A stretch of 64,000 bases of DNA, taken from Thermoplasmata archaeon (GTDB taxonomy: Archaea > Thermoplasmatota > E2 > JACPAO01 > JAHFTW01). A program made the translations under genes and the position numbers. Numbering within the stretch: the stretch's first letter is position 1; the number at the start of each line of letters is the position of its first letter. The DNA is taken from the NCBI GenBank assembly GCA_034667725.1, contig JAXDQS010000003.1:384001-448000 (forward strand), in the 5' to 3' direction. Positions 57,587 through 64,000 of the stretch are shown piece by piece. The notes beneath the pieces were generated by a model. The model was not told the origin of the DNA and ran no database searches. It worked only from the letters and a program-made list of their open reading frames with translations.

Positions 57587-57901
57587 GGGCGCGGCGAGAG
57601 GGCCGCCCCATTTGAGGACGGTTGCCGCGACACGCACCCTCAAGGGCAACCCCCTCCCACAAAGGGGGGCCATGCCCCTCGGACGCACCAGCCCCCTCTG
57701 CCAGCGAACCGGTTGCAGCCATCCCCAGAACGGGCCGGCCGCCACCGGCCATTTCCACGGTTCCGGCCGTCGTCCCGGCCAAGGCCCCTGCAAGGCGCCC
57801 GCCTGCGAGTGCGCGGCGTTCCAGCCCGAGGCCGAATTGGCGCCCCTGGCCGCCTGACACCAAGCGTCGGCCTTTAGCATCCGCGCGGCTCCGATGGGGC
57901 C

Positions 57902-58132
57902 GTGCCAGGAAGATGCCAGCGGCCCGCCTGCGGCCACCCCAAGACCGGATACGGACGCGAAGGCCACTACATCGGCTCCGGCCGGAAGGGCAAGTGGGGC
58001 GAAGGCGCCTGCAAGGCCAAGGGCTGCGACTGCACGGCCTACGTCCAGCCGCCCGAGGAGGCCGCCAAGCCCCGGCTGGGCCTCCAGCCCGGCTGGACCG
58101 GCGCCCCCGAGGAAGGACCGCCCGTCCGGTAG
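57902..58132 (+). CDS. small Cys/His Zn-binding protein (76 aa)
   Basis: CQRPACGH..H..C..GCDC; TTTAG box about 27 nt upstream of GTG. Confidence 0.65.
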   Translation: MPGRCQRPACGHPKTGYGREGHYIGSGRKGKWGEGACKAKGCDCTAYVQPPEEAAKPRLGLQPGWTGAPEEGPPVR

Positions 58133-58166
58133 GAACGCCCATCAAGGACCCCTCCGTCCCGGCGGC

Positions 58167-58964
58167 GTGGCCCTCCGGCACGAGCTCGACGCGAAGGCCG
58201 GCATCCTCCGCCTCGTGCTGGCCCGCCCCGAGAAGAAGAACGCCCTCGACCTGACCACGCTGGCCGCCCTCGCCACCGCCTTGGAGGCCGCCCGCGACGA
58301 CCCCGCCGTCCGGGTCGTGGTCCTGGCGGCCGACGGCGACGCCTTCAGCGCCGGCGGCGACATCGAGGTCATGCGCCAGTTCGCCGGCGACGCGCAGGCG
58401 ACCCTGGCCCGGCTGCGTGGCGGCCTCAACCGCCTGGTCGCGGCCATCCACGCCCACCCCAAGCCGGTGCTGGCCGAGGTGCAGGGGAACGCCTACGGCG
58501 CCGGCGCCATCCTCGCGTTCCAATGCGACCTCACGGTGGCTGCCGAGGAGGCGACCTTCAGCCTGAGCTTCCGCCACGTCGGGCTGGTCCCCGACACCGG
58601 CGGCACCTGGCTGCTGCCGCGCGCCGTCGGCCTGCAACGCGCCAAGCACCTGGCCTGGACCGCGGCGCCGTTCTCGGCCGCCGAGGCCGCCGCCTGGGGG
58701 CTGGTCCTGAAGGCCGTGCCGCGCACGCAGCTCGCGGGCACGGTGCGCAACCTGGCCCAGGCGCTCGCCGACGGCCCCGCCGCGACCATGGCGCTCGCCA
58801 AGCGCGCGCTCCAGGAGAACCAGCACGCCGGGCTGGGCGAGGCGCTGGAGCGCGAGGCCCACCTGCAGGCGGCGGCGTTCCTGACGCCGGAGCACGCCGA
58901 AGGCCGCGATGCGTTCTTCGCACGCCGGAAGCCGGATTTCCGAGGCCTGGGGCGCAAGGCCTAA
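58167..58964 (+). CDS. enoyl-CoA hydratase/isomerase, PaaG-like
   Basis: RPEKKNAL; FSAGGD; AYGAG; GLVPDTGG; EGRDAF. Confidence 0.9.
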   Translation: MALRHELDAKAGILRLVLARPEKKNALDLTTLAALATALEAARDDPAVRVVVLAADGDAFSAGGDIEVMRQFAGDAQATLARLRGGLNRLVAAIHAHPKPVLAEVQGNAYGAGAILAFQCDLTVAAEEATFSLSFRHVGLVPDTGGTWLLPRAVGLQRAKHLAWTAAPFSAAEAAAWGLVLKAVPRTQLAGTVRNLAQALADGPAATMALAKRALQENQHAGLGEALEREAHLQAAAFLTPEHAEGRDAFFARRKPDFRGLGRKA

Positions 58965-58989
58965 AGGGCGGCAAGGGAACCGGCCCCCG

Positions 58990-59598
58990 ATGCGCGCCCT
59001 CCTGGCCATCCTCCTCCTGACGACGGCCCTGCTGGCCGGCTGCACCGGCGGCACCGACGACCCCGCCACGACGGCCGCCTCCTCCCCGAGCACGACGGGC
59101 GACGCCTCCGGCCTCGACTCCTCCACCACCGCCGCGCCGCCCACCACCTCGGGGACCAGCACAAGCCAGGCCACGACGGGCACCAACGGCACCACCACGA
59201 CTGGCACCACCACGACCAACACCACCACGACCGGCGGCGGCAACCAGACCACCGGCCCCAGCACCCCCGACCCCGTGTCGCAGGAGTGCGCCATCGGCGG
59301 CGGCGTCTACGGCAACACGGCCCAGTCCTGCACCCTGCCCGACTTCGCCTCCAGCAACGGCGCCTCGTTCACCAAGGGCACCGCCACCTTCACGTACCAA
59401 GGCAACGCGCTGCCCCAGCCCACCCTGCTGCTCACCGACGGCGCCGGCAACGAGATCGCCTCCGCGAGCGGCGCCTCCCCCATCACCATCAACCTCGACG
59501 GCAAGGTCCCCGCCGGCGCCCTCGTCCAGATCACCGGCAAGGCCTCCGCTGTCCTGTTCGCGGGCTTCGGCGGCACGCTCAAGGTCGACCTGTCCTAG
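58990..59598 (+). CDS. Thr-rich lipoprotein
   Basis: lipobox LLAGC; Thr/Ser/Gly linker; small beta domain. Confidence 0.85.
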   Translation: MRALLAILLLTTALLAGCTGGTDDPATTAASSPSTTGDASGLDSSTTAAPPTTSGTSTSQATTGTNGTTTTGTTTTNTTTTGGGNQTTGPSTPDPVSQECAIGGGVYGNTAQSCTLPDFASSNGASFTKGTATFTYQGNALPQPTLLLTDGAGNEIASASGASPITINLDGKVPAGALVQITGKASAVLFAGFGGTLKVDLS

Positions 59599-59645
59599 AG
59601 AAGCCCGCCACGAAGCTCAAGTAAGCCGGGCGCCGCGTGGCCTCC

Positions 59646-60107
59646 ATGCGCGCCCTGCCGCCCATCCTCGCCCTCGTCCTGTTTGCCGGCTGCGCCTCGG
59701 ACATGGACACGCCGGAGCAGCCTGCCGCCGTGCCCGACGCACCCGGCGGGACCCCGGGCGCCGTCGCGGCCGCGCCCGCCACGCCGACCCCGGTCGAGGC
59801 CAGCTGCGACCTGCCGGCCGCCGCGGCCGTCCTCACCACGACCACCTGCGACCCGGGGACCGTCACGCCCGACGCCGGCGCGTTCACCATGGGCACCGTG
59901 ACCTTGACCGGCCAGCCCGCCGCGGTGCCGGCCACGCTGCGGATCCTGGACGAGGCCGGCAACCTGCTTGGCGAGGCCACCGGCCCGCTGCCGCTCACGG
60001 CCACCCTCGCCAAGGTCCCGGCGGGAGCGTTCAAGCCCGTGGCGGAAGCCAGCCAGACCGGCGGCACCGTCCTCGTCGACGGCGTGGCCGCGTTCAGCTT
60101 CGCCTAA
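59646..60107 (+). CDS. lipoprotein, probable paralog of 58990-59598
   Basis: lipobox FAGC; TLRILDEAGNLLGEATG similar to TLLLTDGAGNEIASASG. Confidence 0.75.
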   Translation: MRALPPILALVLFAGCASDMDTPEQPAAVPDAPGGTPGAVAAAPATPTPVEASCDLPAAAAVLTTTTCDPGTVTPDAGAFTMGTVTLTGQPAAVPATLRILDEAGNLLGEATGPLPLTATLAKVPAGAFKPVAEASQTGGTVLVDGVAAFSFA

Positions 60108-60139
60108 GAAGCCTTCAAACCGGGAGCACCTCCCGCGCC

Positions 60140-61024
60140 GTGGACATCCGCTCCGTCGCGGTCGTGGGGGCCGGCACCATGGGCGCCGGCATCGCCCAGG
60201 TCGCGTGCCAGGCCGGCTACGAGACCCACCTCGTCGACGCCAGCCCCGCCAGCCTCGACAAGGGCACCGCCGCCATCCATGCCTTCTGGGCCAAAGGCGT
60301 CGCGAAGGGCAAGACCACGCCCGCGCAGCGTGCCGCCTGGGAGGCGCGGCTGCATCCCGGCGGCGAGCTGGCGGCCGCCGTGGCGCGCGCCGACCTGGTG
60401 ATCGAGGCGGTGCCGGAGTCCTTGGACCTGAAGCGCAAGGTGTTCGCCGCCGCCGACGCCGCCGCCCCCGCCCATGCGATCTTGGCCACCAACACCTCCA
60501 GCCTGAGCGTTGCCGCCATCGCCGCCGCCACCAAGCGCCCCGGCCGCGTCCTCGGGATGCACTTCTTCAACCCGGTCCCGCTGATGCAGCTCCTGGAGCT
60601 CGTCCGGCACGACGGCACCGACCCGGCCACCCTCGACGCCGCGCAGCAGGTCGGCAAGGCGATGGGCAAGTCCACCATCGTGGTGCGCGACGTCCCCGGC
60701 TTCGCCACCAGCCGCCTCGGCATCGTCCTCGGCAACGAGGCCATGCGGATGCTGGAGGAAGGGGTCGCCTCCGCCCGCGACATCGACACCGCGATGCGCC
60801 TCGGCTACGGCCACCCCATGGGGCCCCTGGAGCTGTCGGACCTGGTCGGCCTCGACGTCCGGCAAGCCATCGGCGACTACCTGCACGCCCAGTTCGGCGG
60901 CGCCCACTACCGCAACCCGCAACTGGTGCGCGACCTCGTGGCCAAAGGCGAGCTGGGCAAGAAGACCGGGAAAGGCATCTACGACTGGGGCGACGGCACC
61001 CCGCGGGAGCGCGTGCTGCGATGA
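60140..61024 (+). CDS. 3-hydroxyacyl-CoA dehydrogenase (PaaH/Hbd-like)
   Basis: GAGTMG; IEAVPE; ATNTSS; GMHFFNP; HPMGPL. Confidence 0.95.
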   Translation: MDIRSVAVVGAGTMGAGIAQVACQAGYETHLVDASPASLDKGTAAIHAFWAKGVAKGKTTPAQRAAWEARLHPGGELAAAVARADLVIEAVPESLDLKRKVFAAADAAAPAHAILATNTSSLSVAAIAAATKRPGRVLGMHFFNPVPLMQLLELVRHDGTDPATLDAAQQVGKAMGKSTIVVRDVPGFATSRLGIVLGNEAMRMLEEGVASARDIDTAMRLGYGHPMGPLELSDLVGLDVRQAIGDYLHAQFGGAHYRNPQLVRDLVAKGELGKKTGKGIYDWGDGTPRERVLR

Positions 61025-61773
61025 GCCTGGTCTCCGCCCGCGACGACGGCCGCGTCCGCGTCCTCACCCTGGAGCGGCCCGAGGCGCGCAACGCCCTCAA
61101 CGCCCAGATCCGGCTCGACCTCATCCTCGCCTTGCAGGAGGCCGAGAACGACGCCAGCGTCGGCGCCGTGGTCGTCACCGGCTCCGGCACGGCGTTCGCC
61201 GCCGGCGCCGACCTCCGCGAACTCCTTGCCCGCACCCCCGAGCAGCAACGCGCGTTTCTCGCCCCGCCCAACGTCTACGGCATCGTCGAGGGCCTCCGCA
61301 AGCCGGTCGTCGCCGCCCTCAACGGCCACGCCCTCGGCGCCGGGCTCGAGCTTGCCACCGCCTGCGACCTCCGGGTCTGCGGCGCCGAGGCCAAGCTCGG
61401 CCAGCCGGAGGTGACCCTCGGCCTCGTCCCGGGCGGCGGCGGCACGCAGCGGCTCGTCCGCCTCGTCGGCCACGGCGCCGCCAGCCGCCTGGTCCTCACG
61501 GGCGACGCCATCGACGCCGCCGAGGCGCTGCGCATCGGCCTCGTGGACCTCGTCGTCCCGAAGGGCGCGGTGGTCGCGGAGGCCGTCCGGCTCGCCCAGG
61601 CGATGGCGCGCCACGACGCCGCCGCGCTCGCCGCCGCGAAGCAGGCGCTGGCGGCCGGGCGCGACCTGCCCTACGCCCAAGGGCTCGCCAAGGAGGTCGA
61701 GCTGTTCCTCGGCCTGCACGCCAGCCCGGTGGCGCGGGCGCGCATCGAGGCGTTCCTGGGCAAGGCGAAGTGA
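61021..61773 (+). CDS. enoyl-CoA hydratase (PaaF-like)
   Basis: RPEARNAL; FAAGAD; ALGAGLE; QPEVTLG..GGGGTQRL; overlaps previous stop (ATGA). Confidence 0.92.
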   Translation: MSLVSARDDGRVRVLTLERPEARNALNAQIRLDLILALQEAENDASVGAVVVTGSGTAFAAGADLRELLARTPEQQRAFLAPPNVYGIVEGLRKPVVAALNGHALGAGLELATACDLRVCGAEAKLGQPEVTLGLVPGGGGTQRLVRLVGHGAASRLVLTGDAIDAAEALRIGLVDLVVPKGAVVAEAVRLAQAMARHDAAALAAAKQALAAGRDLPYAQGLAKEVELFLGLHASPVARARIEAFLGKAK

Positions 61774-61776
61774 GCG

Positions 61777-62601
61777 ATGCGCCCCATCGACGCCCACGTC
61801 CACGTCAACCGCTTCGACCTCATGACGCCGGCGGCGCACGCCTTGATCGCGCAGAACCCGACGTTCCCCCAGATGGAGCGCTTCGTGCGCGACCCCGACG
61901 CGTTCCTTGCCCACCTGGACGCCGAGGGCATCGAGGCGGCGTGGCTGGTCAACTACTGCGCCAAGGAGGTCATGGGCTACGGCTGGGAGGTCAACCCCTG
62001 GATCGCCGAATACTGCGCCGCGGACCCGAGGCGGCTGGTCGCGGTGGGCGGCTACGACCCCCGCCACGACGGGGACGGCGCGGCCGCCATCGGCCGGCTG
62101 CGGGACCTCGGCGTGCGGGCCCTCAAGCTCCATCCCGTCCACCAGCGCGTCTCGCCCGCCGACCCCGCGCTGTGGCCCGCCTACGCCCGGCTGGAGGAGC
62201 TTGGGATGCCGCTGCTGGTCCACACCGGCACGAGCATCTTCCCGGGTGCCGACAACGCGCACGCCACCGTCGCCCCGCTGGCGCAGGTGCTCGCCGCCTT
62301 CCCCGGCCTGCCCGTCATCCTGTGCCACGGCGGCCGCCCCAACGAGACGGCGCAGGCGCTCGCCCTCCTGGACCGGTTCCCCAACGCGCGCATCGACCTC
62401 TCCTCCTGCCCGCCGGCCCGGCTGCCGCACTACTTCGGCGACCTCGCCGCCCGCGCCGACCGGTTCCTCTGGGGCAGCGACTGGCCCGGCCCCAAGGTCC
62501 CTGGCATGGGCGCCAACGTGGCCGCGTTCCGCGCCCTCGGCCTGCCCGCCGCCGCCGAGGAGCAAATCCTGTGGCGCAACGCCCGCGCCTTGGTCCCCTA
62601 G
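61777..62601 (+). CDS. amidohydrolase_2 family metallohydrolase
   Basis: DAHVH; LKLHP; HTG; CHGG; WGSDWP. Confidence 0.92.
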   Translation: MRPIDAHVHVNRFDLMTPAAHALIAQNPTFPQMERFVRDPDAFLAHLDAEGIEAAWLVNYCAKEVMGYGWEVNPWIAEYCAADPRRLVAVGGYDPRHDGDGAAAIGRLRDLGVRALKLHPVHQRVSPADPALWPAYARLEELGMPLLVHTGTSIFPGADNAHATVAPLAQVLAAFPGLPVILCHGGRPNETAQALALLDRFPNARIDLSSCPPARLPHYFGDLAARADRFLWGSDWPGPKVPGMGANVAAFRALGLPAAAEEQILWRNARALVP

Positions 62602-62663
62602 GGATTCGGTCGGCGCCAAACGACCTGGCAAGGCCTATGGACCCGACGGCGCTGCTGGAGGCC

Positions 62664-63605
62664 ATGCGCGTCCGCGTCCTGGCCGCCCTCCTGGTGCTCG
62701 CCTCCGGCTGCGTCACCCTGCCCGTCCCGCCCCAGGACTGCGGCGCGCTGGCCGCCGGCCCGAGCGGCAACGCCCCGCTCATCCCCGCGCTGCGCGACGA
62801 CCCCGAGGCCCTCCTCGGCCTGCTGCTGGCCGCCATCGGCGACCCGGCCGTCGGCGAGCTGCAAAGCACGTTCCAGGGCGACCGGGAGACGTTCGAGGCG
62901 GCGACCGCCGCGGGCGCCACCGCCACGCTCCAGACCCAGGCCGGCGCGTTCCGCGGCTTCTGGTACGAGCGCGACGGCCACGCCGCCGCCTACACCGCCG
63001 CCGCGGCCGCCAAGCTGCTGGCGCCCGTGCTGGCCCGCCTGGGCCTCGACCTGCCCGTCGCGCAGGAGGGGCCCGTCGCGTGGGGCCACCACGGCGAGGA
63101 GTCCGCCCGCGCGAGCAGCAGCCTCTACCTCGCCGGCCGGCCGGTGGCGAACCCGCAGCGCTACCTGCCGCAGCCCTACGACTGGGGGCTGCCGCTGGCG
63201 GCCTCCGCAGCACTCGACACCGGCGGCCGCGGCGGCCACAACTCCACCGACATCCGCGTCGACCCCTTGGTGGTGCTGCCCGACCCCGCCACGCTGCTCG
63301 ACGACGCCGCCCTCGCCGCCAAGGGCGAGGCGTGGGTCGCCTGCCGCGTCGCGGGCACCTGGCTCGAAGGCCCGGTCGAGGGCTGGGTGGACCGCGACGC
63401 CTGGTTCGTGGTCGACGGCTCGGTCGCCGCCGCCGTCCTGGTCGAGTACGGCGCGCCCTGCCCGCCCGGCGCCTGGAACGACGGCCTGCGCCACGAGGCC
63501 ACGGTCCTGGTGGACGCCGCCACCGGCGCCATCCTCGACGTCGAGCCGGGCCGCTGGAACTGCATCGGCGTCCCCGCGCCCGACGAGGCCGTGCTGCCCG
63601 GCTAA
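62664..63605 (+). CDS. hypothetical lipoprotein
   Basis: lipobox LASGC; C-terminal VLVDAATGAI (PepSY-like strand). Confidence 0.75.
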   Translation: MRVRVLAALLVLASGCVTLPVPPQDCGALAAGPSGNAPLIPALRDDPEALLGLLLAAIGDPAVGELQSTFQGDRETFEAATAAGATATLQTQAGAFRGFWYERDGHAAAYTAAAAAKLLAPVLARLGLDLPVAQEGPVAWGHHGEESARASSSLYLAGRPVANPQRYLPQPYDWGLPLAASAALDTGGRGGHNSTDIRVDPLVVLPDPATLLDDAALAAKGEAWVACRVAGTWLEGPVEGWVDRDAWFVVDGSVAAAVLVEYGAPCPPGAWNDGLRHEATVLVDAATGAILDVEPGRWNCIGVPAPDEAVLPG

Positions 63606-63767
63606 AGACGCTCGCAGGATTTGGGGAAGTCATTTCGGAGCACGAGGGGCGTGGCGGATTCTAGGAGGCCGACGCAGACGTGCCCGGAGGGCACGGCGAG
63701 GAGGCCGACGACGAAGCCGCCCGTCCCGCGCCGGTCCGAAATCTGAACCAAATCCGGAGAGCGTCTG

Positions 63768-64000
63768 TTAAGGGACGCGCGCCAGCCAGTCCAGCAAGGT
63801 GCGGTGGAACGGCTCCGGCTGCTCGACCGGGGAGGCGTGGCCGGCGTCGGGGACCATGAAGAACTCGCTGCCGCGGAACGCCTGCGCCATCCGCATCGCG
63901 CCGTCCATCGGGGTGATCTGGTCGAGCTCGCCGGCCACCACCAGGCACGGGATGTTGAGGCCCGACAGCTTGCCGCGCATGTCCGGGCGGTCCATCATGC
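63768..64000 (-). CDS. alpha/beta hydrolase, C-terminal fragment (cut by window end)
   Basis: PCLVVAGELD; PDAGH..EQP; PcaD/MhpC-like. Confidence 0.8.
   Translation of the reverse strand, partial: MMDRPDMRGKLSGLNIPCLVVAGELDQITPMDGAMRMAQAFRGSEFFMVPDAGHASPVEQPEPFHRTLLDWLARVP

Noticed and set aside
28106-62631. Very long antisense or alternate-frame ORFs (for example 28106-31378, 34259-37498, 39844-42867, 54672-59294 upstream part, 60979-62631)
   Set aside because: Shadow ORFs expected at high GC3, opposite genes with clear motifs
63606-63767. Possible further repeat copy between convergent genes
   Set aside because: Has GATT/AATC words but lacks the GATTCCACAGA/TCTGTGGGAATC stem and the CCACCGAGG ends

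Overview
GC-rich archaeal chromosome segment, most likely Thermoplasmatota (inference). Support for an archaeal origin: tRNA-Gln with an A1-U72 pair, tRNAs without encoded CCA, a GGTGA Shine-Dalgarno, TATA-like boxes about 25 nt before apparently leaderless start codons, an archaeal-type radical SAM protein, COG3398-like double winged-helix proteins and PGF-CTERM-like C-terminal anchors. The window holds about 50 CDS and 3 tRNAs (Gln-CTG, Val-TAC, Ser-GGA). Housekeeping and metabolic genes: ahcY plus PfkB kinase, pyrB plus a short pyrI, MeaB plus B12-binding domain, acyl-CoA dehydrogenase, glycerate kinase, peroxiredoxin, a delta-9-type desaturase and a PlsC-type acyltransferase. A dispersed aerobic aryl-CoA epoxidation set (BoxB/PaaA-like, three crotonases, PaaH-like, Rieske ferredoxin) lies at 47.5-62.6 kb, and there are many secreted or lipoprotein surface proteins. 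Most notable: (1) a 34.5-47 kb locus with two divergent membrane-spanning proteins that join extracellular TSP3 (one also PKD/IgGFc-like) domains to cytoplasmic double winged-helix domains, a soluble double-wHTH gene, and a shared 24-bp pseudo-palindromic box at the same position upstream of two of these genes; (2) a modular hairpin repeat element with terminal inverted repeats and 9-nt periodicity, sitting between convergent genes; (3) a CLCA-like metalloprotease surface protein paired with a PepSY-like lipoprotein between two tRNAs. No CRISPR array, integrase or transposase was seen. Family calls come from motif recognition, not database searches; several starts were re-chosen from the ORF track.
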